This document shows positions 55,775-64,000 of a stretch of DNA of 64,000 nt, in pieces. Where the stretch lies: positions 128,001 to 192,000 of the forward strand of contig OY821641.1 of assembly GCA_963555995.3 (NCBI GenBank), in the 5' to 3' direction. Origin of the DNA: Vicinamibacteria bacterium. Its GTDB lineage: Bacteria; Acidobacteriota; Vicinamibacteria; Marinacidobacterales; Marinacidobacteraceae. A model generated the notes under the pieces. That model did no database searches, was not told the origin of the DNA, and worked only from the letters and a program-made list of their open reading frames with translations. Position 1 is the stretch's first letter, and every line of letters begins with the position of its first letter. Both the position numbers and the translations under genes were made by a program.

Positions 55775-55852
55775 GAGCTGGGGTGACAAGACCCGCGAGC
55801 TGGGGTGATAAGGCGGCAGCTGGGGTGATAAGCGGGAGAGCTGGGGTGATAG
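55775..55852. repeat. Direct-repeat block 2: 4 copies of the same motif, period 20-22 bp
   Basis: Starts at 55775, 55797, 55817, 55838. Confidence 0.9.
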
Positions 55853-55929
55853 GGCGGCAGCGTCCGACGACCGCTGGAACCGGGGGCCGCGTCGCATGAC
55901 TCCGCTACGGGAGCCGACGGCGTGACCCC

Positions 55930-56343
55930 TCAGTGCGCCGGTGGACGGAACGGATCGAGCGTCGGAACGCCGAACGGCTCCAAGTCCCGGACGTTCCGGG
56001 TCACCACCGTGAGCCGGTGCACGACCGCGGTGGCGGCAATGAGCGCGTCGGTCGTCAGGGTGTCGGACCTGCGGTGCATGAGGCGCGCCCATTCGCGAAA
56101 CACCGGGCCGTCCTGCGGCAGGACGCGGTAGGTCGCGAGTACCTGATCGAGCCACCGTTCGAGTGCAGCCGCCTTGGCCGTGTCCTGTTCCCTCGTGATC
56201 TCGATTCCGGCCTGGATTTCCCCGATGGTGACGCCGGAGAGATAGAGCCGCTCCGGTGGAACCTGCCGAATCCAGTCCAGAACACCGAGGTGGGGCCGTG
56301 GGCGGCGCAACTCGGACACGACATTCGTATCCAGCAGGTACAC
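55930..56343 (-). CDS. vapC: PIN-domain toxin (VapC)
   Basis: 'YLLDTNVVSE', 'TIGEI', 'DALIAATA', 'VTRN'. Confidence 0.93.
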   Translation of the reverse strand: MYLLDTNVVSELRRPRPHLGVLDWIRQVPPERLYLSGVTIGEIQAGIEITREQDTAKAAALERWLDQVLATYRVLPQDGPVFREWARLMHRRSDTLTTDALIAATAVVHRLTVVTRNVRDLEPFGVPTLDPFRPPAH

Positions 56344-56346
56344 GAT

Positions 56347-56607
56347 CTACTCGAACGAGGGCGACCGGCGGCGCGCTAGCCGACGGCGGGGTGGCGTGAG
56401 GGACTCGGTGCGTGGTGCGGGCGCGAGCAGCAAGTCCTTCAGGTTCGGCTGGGCGATTCGCTGCAGGCTCCGCCACTGCTCCAGCGGCACCACGACCGCC
56501 GTCTCGATGCCTCGTCTGGTGACGATCTGGGGTCCCTCCGCGATGGTTCTCTCGAGAAGTTCGCTGAACCGCGCCTTGGCGGTCTGCACTTGCCACCGGT
56601 TACTCAT
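56347..56607 (-). CDS. Phd/YefM family antitoxin
   Basis: 'WQVQTAKARFSELLE...GPQIVTRRG'. Confidence 0.9.
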   Translation of the reverse strand: MSNRWQVQTAKARFSELLERTIAEGPQIVTRRGIETAVVVPLEQWRSLQRIAQPNLKDLLLAPAPRTESLTPPRRRLARRRSPSFE

Positions 56608-56629
56608 CGTCGCTGCTGCCAGTGTATCT

Positions 56630-56649
56630 GACTAGTTAGAAGACTAGTC
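56630..56649. promoter_or_regulatory. Probable antitoxin operator GACTAGTTAGAAGACTAGTC
   Basis: Two ACTAGT palindromes upstream of the phd gene. Confidence 0.6.
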
Positions 56650-57042
56650 CTATAGGGATTCCCGCGCAAGCACCATCGCGCGCGGCACCGTCGGTTTGGG
56701 TGTGACCGCTTCCTGGCCCTGTACAGCCTGTGGACAAAGTCACGCGGCATTCCCGAGCTACGAGGAATGGAGGTCGCCTCGCGCCGACTCCGTTCATAGT
56801 GCTCAAGGGGTCTCCGCGGGGCTCGAACTCTCGCCCCGCTCCGGAAGCCCGAGCCAGGAGGGATAGGGGCCGGGCGAACCCGTCCCCTGTCCCTCCCGCT
56901 CCGGGGTCTGCGCGGGGCTCACGCCCCGACAACGACGCGAACGCCGATGCATCCCGCCTGAACCGCGCCTCTGCGAGGCGCTCTGCGTTGCGTTTCGGTT
57001 GTCAAGCGACAGATAACCGGCGCTCCTCTTGTCCACCGGCGG

Positions 57043-57930
57043 CTACCACCGCAGCTCGCAGCCGGCGCCGGTGCAGGCGGCGACCGGCTCGCCGGCGCAG
57101 GCGCCGTCGGCGGAGCGGAAGCGGAGCCCGATTTCCAGCTCCGAGAGCCACTCAACCTGGATCTCGTGGCGAAGCGACGCCGCCTCCGGGTCGAGCGACC
57201 AGTCTTCCAGGATCACATGGAACAGGTTCCCGGCGTTCACCCGCCGTTGGCGGAACGACGGATTCCAGGAGCCCAGATCGTAGTCCCGGTAGGGACCGAT
57301 CCAGTCCAGGGAGACGGCTTCGGAACCGGGGCCGCTGACGACGACGAACCGGGTGCGGGCCGTCTCGCTCGGCTGCAGGGTCGCCCCCTCCTCCCACTGG
57401 TCCCGGCGCACCGGCGGCTCCGCCCCAATCCGGATTCCCGCACAGGCGCTCACCCCGGCCTCCTCGATGGATACGTCGAGCGCGCCGTCCGCCCGCACCG
57501 ACGCGCCGGAGGGCCCCACGAGTTGCAACGACAGGGTCTCCTCGCCCTCCGCGAACCGCGCGTCCTCCAGGGCCCGGAGCGAGATCGCCGCCGTCCCGCT
57601 CGCCACCGACGCCGGGACCTCGAAGCTCGCGGACACCAGCTCGTAGTCGTCATCGCCGGCGGTCCGGTTCTGCGCGGCGACCCCGATCTCCAACGCGCGG
57701 CCCGGCGGCCCGCCCGACCACCGCACCGGGATCTCGGCCGTTTCCCCCTCGGCCAGGCGGACCGCTTGCTCGGCGAACGCCACCACGAGCGACGGCTGCG
57801 GCGCCGCCGGGACGCTCGGCGCTGGAGCGCCGCCCGGATCTCCGCAGCTCGCCGCGGCCAGCGCCACCAGCGCCACGATCCGGCCGCGGGTCCCGGCCGG
57901 CAGCCGCCTGCGCACCGTCATCGGCCGCAC
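57043..57930 (-). CDS. Lipoprotein with Calx-beta-like domain
   Basis: Lipobox AASC; 'TAGDDDY', 'EDARFAEGEETLSL'. Confidence 0.65.
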   Translation of the reverse strand: MRPMTVRRRLPAGTRGRIVALVALAAASCGDPGGAPAPSVPAAPQPSLVVAFAEQAVRLAEGETAEIPVRWSGGPPGRALEIGVAAQNRTAGDDDYELVSASFEVPASVASGTAAISLRALEDARFAEGEETLSLQLVGPSGASVRADGALDVSIEEAGVSACAGIRIGAEPPVRRDQWEEGATLQPSETARTRFVVVSGPGSEAVSLDWIGPYRDYDLGSWNPSFRQRRVNAGNLFHVILEDWSLDPEAASLRHEIQVEWLSELEIGLRFRSADGACAGEPVAACTGAGCELRW

Positions 57931-59114
57931 GGCGCCGGCCGCCGGCAGTCCCGCCCCCGGTGGGCGTGAACCTGCACGCCCTCCGTCGTTGTTCCGGCGG
58001 TCACCAGGACGGGAAAGGGCCGCAGGGTCTCGTCGAGGTCAATCAGGGAACCGCGGCCGACCAGATCGAAGTGCGCCGAGCGCGATCCCATGGAGGACAC
58101 CCAGAGGACATGGGCGCCCGGTTGGAGTCCCTCGATCAGGAAGCTCCCGTCCCGCCCGCTGAAGGACCCGACGGCGTTCGGCAACCCGCGCGCGCTCCCG
58201 GGTCCGAACGCCCAGACGTGGGCGTACCCGAGCGGCTCGCCCTCCAGCAGCACCTGTCCGGCGATGCTGCCGGTCTCCCGCCTCCAGCCCCTTGCCGGCC
58301 GCAGCAGCGACACCCCCACGATGTCGTCCCGGGTCACAGGCACTTCGATGCCGTAGTCGGACCACCCGTAGGACATCTGGGGATCCCGCGGCCCAACCTC
58401 GGAAGAATCCACCCAGGCATGGCGATACTCGTCCCGTTCGGAATCGAAGTCATACCGGACCGTGAGCCCAACCTGGCCGGGCAACTCGATGGAGTGGCCG
58501 AGCCCGAGGCAGTGTCCGAACTCGTGAATCAAGGTCTGGAGGGCCGGGTACCGCCGCTCGGGATCGTCCTCGTCCAGCTCCTTCCACCAGTCCGGTGGCT
58601 CCCTCGCTGCCCAGGAACCGAGGTACACCGCGCACTCGGTGATCCGATCGTTCCGACTCCAGATGCGCGCATATCCCCCGGTCGGCGAGTCCGGATCAAT
58701 GCTCACGAACGGCGCCGCCTCCCGTCTCTCGTCCAGCGCGGCGACGCCTTCGACCCGCCACGAGACGTCTGCGGTGGGGATGCCGGACCAGGCTTTCAGA
58801 GCTTTCCCGACCGCCCGCAGCGCGCCTTCCGGGGACCCGAACCAGGGCGACCACTCGGGGATGTCCGAAACCCGCCAGACCAGCGTGTCGCCCGGCCCCC
58901 AGGTGCCCGGCGACCAGCGCACCGCCTCGGCGGCCCCGGCGATATAGCCCGCCCCTTCGACCGGGAAGAAGCGGTACGCGTCCGCGCGATGCGCCGGGCC
59001 GGGCGCAAGGCCCAGCGGGAGCACCGCGAACAACACCACCAGCGGGACTTGCCCGGGCCTTCTTCGCACCGTGCCGGGAATCCTAATCCCGCCGCCGGCC
59101 GAGGGCCCGTGCAC
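57918..59114 (-). CDS. Secreted metzincin (matrixin-like) metalloprotease with C-terminal carboxypeptidase-regulatory-like domain
   Basis: HEFGHCLGLGH; Met-turn 'QMSY'; 'GSIAGQV...DGSFLIEGLQPG'. Confidence 0.75.
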   Translation of the reverse strand: MHGPSAGGGIRIPGTVRRRPGQVPLVVLFAVLPLGLAPGPAHRADAYRFFPVEGAGYIAGAAEAVRWSPGTWGPGDTLVWRVSDIPEWSPWFGSPEGALRAVGKALKAWSGIPTADVSWRVEGVAALDERREAAPFVSIDPDSPTGGYARIWSRNDRITECAVYLGSWAAREPPDWWKELDEDDPERRYPALQTLIHEFGHCLGLGHSIELPGQVGLTVRYDFDSERDEYRHAWVDSSEVGPRDPQMSYGWSDYGIEVPVTRDDIVGVSLLRPARGWRRETGSIAGQVLLEGEPLGYAHVWAFGPGSARGLPNAVGSFSGRDGSFLIEGLQPGAHVLWVSSMGSRSAHFDLVGRGSLIDLDETLRPFPVLVTAGTTTEGVQVHAHRGRDCRRPAPCGR

Positions 59115-59335
59115 ACAAAGCCGAGTGGGACATTTTCGGCGCCCATTGACAACCAGTCGTATCTGTCGCTTGACGTCGGTCGGAATACGCCCGGTATTCC
59201 TCCCTCACGCGCCTTGCCAGCCGGGCGCCTCGGCGTTCTCGGTACTCACGTCACTTTGTCCACAGGCTGCTGAGGACCGTACCCAGTGCCCGGCACTCCG
59301 GGGGACGCAGAGTTGGACAGAACGGGAGTCATGTT

Positions 59336-59380
59336 TGCGCGTTAGCGTATATTGACGCAACTTACGCTTCGGCGTATTCT
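59336..59380 (+). promoter_or_regulatory. hipBA promoter TTGACG-N17-TATTCT with two operator palindromes T(A/G)CGC-N4-GCGTA
   Basis: -35 at 59352, -10 at 59375; palindromes at 59336-59349 and 59363-59376. Confidence 0.7.
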
Positions 59381-59392
59381 CTGCGAGCAACC

Positions 59393-59641
59393 ATGGATCC
59401 CATCGCCACGAACCCCCGCGCCCTGGGCCAGGCGATTCGCCGGCTGCGGCGCGAGCGCGGCATGACGCAGGCGGAACTCGCGGAAGCCTGCGTCTTGCGG
59501 CAGGCGACCGTCTCCGCCGCCGAGAACGGCGCCCCGGGAACGCGTTTGGACACGCTCTTCCGCCTGCTCGCGGTGCTCGGGCAGGCGGTCGTCCTCCGCG
59601 ACCGCGTGCGCCTGCTCGCGGATCGGGGCGGCGTCGAATGA
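59393..59641 (+). CDS. hipB: HipB-like XRE HTH antitoxin
   Basis: 'LGQAIRRLRRERGMTQAELA...QATVSAAENG...TRLDTL'. Confidence 0.85.
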   Translation: MDPIATNPRALGQAIRRLRRERGMTQAELAEACVLRQATVSAAENGAPGTRLDTLFRLLAVLGQAVVLRDRVRLLADRGGVE

Positions 59642-59663
59642 CTCGGCTGAGGGCGCCGGCGGC

Positions 59664-60962
59664 GTGACCTCTCGGGTGCGGATTCTCGGCCTCTTCGAAA
59701 ACGGCCGCCGCCTTGGCAGACTCCTCCGGACCTCGTCCGGGCTGTCGCTGGAATACGACCCCGAGTGGCTTTCGTGGGATGGCGCGACGCCGGTGTCGCT
59801 CTCGCTGCCGCTGGGCCCCGCGGCACATCGGGGAGAGCGGGTGCTCCGCTTCCTCGACAACCTCCTTCCGGATTCCGAGGGAATGCGAGCCCGGTTGGCG
59901 TCGCGCGTGGACGCGCCGGACACCCATCCGTTCACGCTGCTGGAGTGTCTGGGCCGATGCTCCGCCGGCGCGCTGACCTTCGTTCCCGACGGGGAGGACC
60001 CGGGCGCGGCAGGCGCCGCGTCGGGGCGGCCGTTGTCCGATGCGGAGGTCGGAACGCTGCTCGCGCAACTCGACCGGCGCCCCCTTGGAGTCGGCCCGCG
60101 CTTTCGCATCTCGCTCGCGGGGGCGCAGCGCAAGACCGCCCTCCTGTTGCAGGACGGCGTTTGGCGCCTACCCCTCGGGTTCACGCCGACGACCCACATC
60201 CTGAAGCCGCAGACCGGCTCGGTGATGGGGGTGGACTTCAGCCGAAGCGTCGAGAACGAGTTCCTCTGCCTGAGGCTGGCCTCGGCGTTCGGGCTCGCGG
60301 TGGCGCGAGCCCGGATCGCGGACTTTGCGGAAGCGCGCGCCCTCGTGGTGGAGCGTTTCGACCGGCGCTGGACGGAGGATGGACGGCTGCTGCGAATACC
60401 GCACGAGGACTGCGCCCAGGCGCTCGGCGTCCCGACCCGGCGGAAATACGAGATGGACGGGGGACCGGGGTTCGGGGAGCTGCTGGGTCTGCTGGAAGGA
60501 TCGGTGCATCCGGACGCCGACCGGCGCAGTTTCCTGCGCGCGCAGATCGTTTTCTGGCTGCTCGCGGCGGTGGACGGCCACGCCAAGAACTACAGCCTCC
60601 GGCTGCTCCCCGCGGGACAGTTCCGGCTGGCGCCGCTCTACGACATCGTCTCGGTGCAGCCGGGCCTCTCCCGCGGGGAGCTCCCGGCGGACGACGCGAT
60701 GATGTCGCTCGCGGTCGGGGATGCGGGCCTCCGGGGGCCGGACGACATCGGGCCGGAACACTTCTTCCAGAGCGCGAAGGCGGCCGGGGTTCCCGCGCGC
60801 GTTGTTCAGCGAATCTTCGCGGAACTGATCGAAACCCGGGCCGGGGCCTTCGAGGCCGTCCGCGCGAGCCTGCCGGAGGACTTCCCGCGAGCGATGGAGG
60901 CTGCCATCTTCGGTGCCGTCACCGGCCACCTGCACCGGATCGAGCGCTATCTGGCCGGATGA
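59664..60962 (+). CDS. hipA: HipA family kinase toxin
   Basis: 'SLSLP', 'ISLAGAQRK', 'THILKP', 'VERFDR', 'DGHAKNYS', 'LAPLYD'. Confidence 0.93.
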   Translation: MTSRVRILGLFENGRRLGRLLRTSSGLSLEYDPEWLSWDGATPVSLSLPLGPAAHRGERVLRFLDNLLPDSEGMRARLASRVDAPDTHPFTLLECLGRCSAGALTFVPDGEDPGAAGAASGRPLSDAEVGTLLAQLDRRPLGVGPRFRISLAGAQRKTALLLQDGVWRLPLGFTPTTHILKPQTGSVMGVDFSRSVENEFLCLRLASAFGLAVARARIADFAEARALVVERFDRRWTEDGRLLRIPHEDCAQALGVPTRRKYEMDGGPGFGELLGLLEGSVHPDADRRSFLRAQIVFWLLAAVDGHAKNYSLRLLPAGQFRLAPLYDIVSVQPGLSRGELPADDAMMSLAVGDAGLRGPDDIGPEHFFQSAKAAGVPARVVQRIFAELIETRAGAFEAVRASLPEDFPRAMEAAIFGAVTGHLHRIERYLAG

Positions 60963-60992
60963 GGGGGAACCGCCCGCGGCGCCGCGCCGCTG

Positions 60993-61234
60993 TGCCGGCT
61001 GAAGCCGGCCCGGTTGCCATGAAAATGCGGTTCCGGCGCGACGTCAACCAGCGCGAGTGGCGACGCCGGCTGGGAACGCCGGTCTTCAGACCGGCACCGC
61101 GGGCCGGAGGCCCGCGGATGTCGTGCCGGTGTTCACGGTGATGATCCGAGAGCCGAGCGCCATCGCATGCGGAAGCGTTTTTCCGTGCGCTGCGCTGTCG
61201 CGCAGCGCGTGCCGGTCTGAAGACCGGCGTTCCC
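60993..61234. repeat. Partial REP plus REPIN-like doublet (61072-61234)
   Basis: Spacer homologous to 8076-8238. Confidence 0.83.
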
Positions 61235-61342
61235 GGCTGCCTCCGCCATTTTCATGACCGGCGGGGTGAGCGGGAGGATAGGCGCATGAGCGTTTCTCCC
61301 GGTGGGGGCTCCAAGCCGTTTCCGCCATCTCCCGCTGGTCCC

Positions 61343-62743
61343 CTAACGCACGGCGTGGCGGGCGACGACCGTGGCGACCGCTTCGGTGAGGCGCTTGGCG
61401 TAGGCGATCTCGAGGAACTCGTTCGGTCCGTGGGCGTTCGAGTTCGGGCCGAGCACGCCGGTGATGACGAACTGCGCCTCGGGGAACTGCTCGCCGAGCA
61501 TGCCCATGAAGGGGATCGAACCGCCCTCGCCCATGTACATGGCCGGCTTGCCGTAGGCGCCCATCGAGGCGTCGTGGAGGGCGTCGCCGAGCCAGGGCGC
61601 GAGCGCCGGGGCGGACCAGCCCTGCGCGGGCTCGTGGAAGTGCAGGGTGACCTTGGCGCCGTAGGGCGGGTCGGGTTCGACGACTTCCCGGATCGCATTC
61701 TGGGCGGCGACCGGGTCCACCGTGGGCGGCAGGCGGAACGAGAGATTCAGGGTGACCTGGGGGAGGAGGACGTTTCCGGCCTTCTCCAGCGAGGGCAGCC
61801 CACCCGCTCCGGTGACCGCGAGGTTCGGCCGCCAGGTGCGGTTCAGGACGAGTTCGCTGGTCGGGATTCCGGGCCGGCCGGTGTTCCCGGCCCAGGGAAA
61901 GCGGGTGAAGGTGTCCGGTCCCAGGGTCTCGGCCGCGGCCTCCGCCTGCGCCACCCGCTCGGCGGGGATCTCGGCGTGGAGCGCCTCCGGGATGATGCGG
62001 TCGGTGGCCGGATCTTCGAGCCGGTCGAGCAGCTTGCGCAGGATCAGGAAGGGTGGGGGGACCACCCCGCCGGCGTCGCCCGAGTGGACGCCCTCGGTGA
62101 GGACCTCGGCCTGCAGGGTGCCGCCGACCATGCCGCGGAGCGAGGTGGTGGACCAGAGCTGGTCGTAGTTGCCGGCGCCCGAATCGAGGCAGATCACGAG
62201 GTCGGGGCTGCCGATGACGTCGGCGAAGGACTCCATGTAGGCGGGCAGGTCCGGGGAACCGCTCTCCTCGGAGAACTCGACGAGCAGGACCACCCGCGCC
62301 CGCTTCTTCCCCTCGCGGCGCACCGCTTCGAGCGCGGCGAGCGCGCAGTAGAGCGCGTAGCCGTCGTCGGCGCCGCCCCGGCCGTAGAGCCTGTCGCCCT
62401 CGCGGACCGGGGTCCAGGGGCCGAGCCCCTCGCGCCAGCCGACCATCTCGGGCTGCTTGTCGAGGTGGCCGTACATCAGGATCGTGCCGTCGGCCTCGCC
62501 CGGGCAGTCGAGCAGCAGCAGGGGCGTCCTTCCCGGAATCCGTCCCACGTGGAGGGTCGCGTCGTCCGGGGCGTGCTTCTCCATGAACGCCTTGCCCATC
62601 TGGAGCGCGTCCTCCATGTGGCCGTTCGCCTCCCAGTCCGGGTCGAACAGCACCGAGACGTTCGGGACGGCGACGTAGTCGGTGAGGGAGGGGAGGATCT
62701 CGTCCTCCCAGAAACGGTCCAGGAACTCGCGGGTATCGGTCAT
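61343..62743 (-). CDS. M20 family metallopeptidase (dipeptidase-like)
   Basis: 'YGHLDKQP', 'GRGGADD', 'EESGS', 'GVHSG', 'GGSIP', 'AHGPNE'. Confidence 0.92.
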   Translation of the reverse strand: MTDTREFLDRFWEDEILPSLTDYVAVPNVSVLFDPDWEANGHMEDALQMGKAFMEKHAPDDATLHVGRIPGRTPLLLLDCPGEADGTILMYGHLDKQPEMVGWREGLGPWTPVREGDRLYGRGGADDGYALYCALAALEAVRREGKKRARVVLLVEFSEESGSPDLPAYMESFADVIGSPDLVICLDSGAGNYDQLWSTTSLRGMVGGTLQAEVLTEGVHSGDAGGVVPPPFLILRKLLDRLEDPATDRIIPEALHAEIPAERVAQAEAAAETLGPDTFTRFPWAGNTGRPGIPTSELVLNRTWRPNLAVTGAGGLPSLEKAGNVLLPQVTLNLSFRLPPTVDPVAAQNAIREVVEPDPPYGAKVTLHFHEPAQGWSAPALAPWLGDALHDASMGAYGKPAMYMGEGGSIPFMGMLGEQFPEAQFVITGVLGPNSNAHGPNEFLEIAYAKRLTEAVATVVARHAVR

Positions 62744-62775
62744 GGCCGGCGATTGTAGGACGCGAACGGAGCGCC

Positions 62776-62948
62776 GGGAGCGCCGGTCTTCAGACCGGCA
62801 CCGCCCGCGCAGCGGGCGAACCTCCTATCGTTTCGTCTGCCGTATGGCGCCGCGTCACACGGGATGGCGTTACGCCATGCGGAAGAGTGGCGGTGGGAGT
62901 TTCGCTGCCCTGGCGGGCAGCGGTGCCGGTCTGAAGACCGGCGCTCCC
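62776..62948. repeat. REPIN-like doublet with an unrelated spacer
   Basis: Perfect inverted REPs at 62776-62800 and 62924-62948. Confidence 0.85.
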
Positions 62949-62986
62949 ACGCCCGCTCCGGTAGAGTGGCCAGCGCCCGAAAAGCA

Positions 62987-63475
62987 ATGCAGGGCCTGAT
63001 GAACCGCCTCTGGCGAACGCTCGAGACCGGCGCGGCGCTCGCCCTCGGGCTGATGGCGGCGCTGGTGATCTACCAGGTGGGGGCGCGCTACCTGTTCGGC
63101 AGCCCGCCGAGCTGGACCGAGGAACTCGCGCGCTTCCTGCAGGTGTGGCTGGTGCTGCTGGCGTCCCCGATCTGCGTGCGGCGCGGGATGCACCTCGCGG
63201 TGGACTACGTGACGCCCCGCCTGCGGCCGGGCGCGGCGGTGGCGTTGCGGACCGGGGTCCTGATGATCTCGGCGCTGTTCTGCCTGGGCCTCGCCTTCTA
63301 CGGGACGCGGCTGCTGGCGGTCGCGGCCTTCCAGACCTCGCCGGCGCTCGGGATCTCGATGGTCTGGCCGTACCTGGCGGTGCCGGTCAGCGGGGTGCTG
63401 ATGGCGGTGGCGGCGGGGGTGCTGATCGTTTCGGGACTCCGGGGCGGGGCCGACCACAAGGATGACGAGACGTGA
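62987..63475 (+). CDS. dctQ: TRAP transporter small permease
   Basis: 'WTEELARF', 'HLAVD', 'SPALGISM..PYLAVP'. Confidence 0.88.
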   Translation: MQGLMNRLWRTLETGAALALGLMAALVIYQVGARYLFGSPPSWTEELARFLQVWLVLLASPICVRRGMHLAVDYVTPRLRPGAAVALRTGVLMISALFCLGLAFYGTRLLAVAAFQTSPALGISMVWPYLAVPVSGVLMAVAAGVLIVSGLRGGADHKDDET

Positions 63476-64000
63476 TCCCGGCACTCCTCGTCACCCTCGC
63501 GCTCCTGCTCCTGCTCGGGGTGCCGGTCGCCTTCGCGATCGGGCTGAGCGGCATGGCGGCGCTCGTCGCCGACGGCCAGATCCCCTTCGAGATCATCCCG
63601 CAGCGCGCCTTCGCGGCGCTGAACTCCTGGGCGCTGATGGCGGTGCCGCTCTTCATCTTCGCCGGGGAACTCATGAACGCGTGCGGGATCTCCCGGCGCA
63701 CGGTCGAGGTGGTGGGACGGCTGCGAGGCGGGCTCCCCATCGTCTCGGTGATCTCGTCCATGTTCTTCGCGAGCATCTCGGGCAGTTCCAGCGCCAGCAC
63801 CGCGGCGGTGGGCTCCATGATGATCCCGGCGATGCGGGAGCGCGGGTATCCCACCGGCTTCGCCACCGCGCTCCAGGCGGCGGGCGGGGCAATCGGGCCG
63901 ATCATCCCGCCGAGCATCATCATGATCGTCATGGGCTACGTGACGGAGACCTCCATCGCGGCGCTCTTCGTGGGCGGCATCGTGCCCGGGTTCCTGATGG
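63472..64000 (+). CDS. dctM: TRAP transporter large permease, 3'-truncated by window edge
   Basis: Manual translation: 'GVPVAFAIG', 'AVPLFIFAGELM', 'SISGSS', 'IIPPSI'. Confidence 0.9.
   Translation, partial: MIPALLVTLALLLLLGVPVAFAIGLSGMAALVADGQIPFEIIPQRAFAALNSWALMAVPLFIFAGELMNACGISRRTVEVVGRLRGGLPIVSVISSMFFASISGSSSASTAAVGSMMIPAMRERGYPTGFATALQAAGGAIGPIIPPSIIMIVMGYVTETSIAALFVGGIVPGFLM

Noticed and set aside
55417-55852. CRISPR array
   Set aside because: Repeats are 15 bp with only 5-7-nt linkers, far too short for spacers; no cas genes
43414-59269. Chromosomal oriC inferred from DnaA-box-like 9-mers
   Set aside because: Boxes are isolated and spread over 16 kb; no dnaA/dnaN or clear unwinding element

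Overview
Very high-GC bacterial chromosomal window. An Oar-type TonB-dependent receptor, sulfatase-TPR and ASPIC/UnbV proteins, an acidobacterial-type VWA protein and a split atp operon suggest Acidobacteriota (inference). The housekeeping and transport backbone comprises MacB-like ABC, M3 and M20 peptidases, ALDH7, Gld-like ABC, dGTPase, MogA, DksA/TraR, nuoL-nuoM-atpZ/I/B/E, mtnA, tsaD, OPT, SSS, DapA-like and TRAP genes. It is interspersed with five complete toxin-antitoxin modules plus two orphan or broken ones, and more than 20 REP-like hairpins, many paired as REPIN-like doublets. Highlights: (1) a RubisCO-like protein fused to a cupin near mtnA (probable MTA-isoprenoid shunt); (2) an accessory/defence island at ~48-61 kb with a helicase-less type IIG/ISP-like R-M gene whose 3' end is duplicated around two cargo genes; (3) a ~65-bp conserved non-coding element found three times, each upstream of an accessory gene; (4) a two-block iteron-like array with ~21-bp period directly after a wHTH protein; (5) nested inverted repeats around a lipoprotein/metalloprotease pair. 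No rRNA, tRNA, CRISPR, transposase, integrase or reverse transcriptase was recognised. All family calls come from motif recognition by eye, not database searches.
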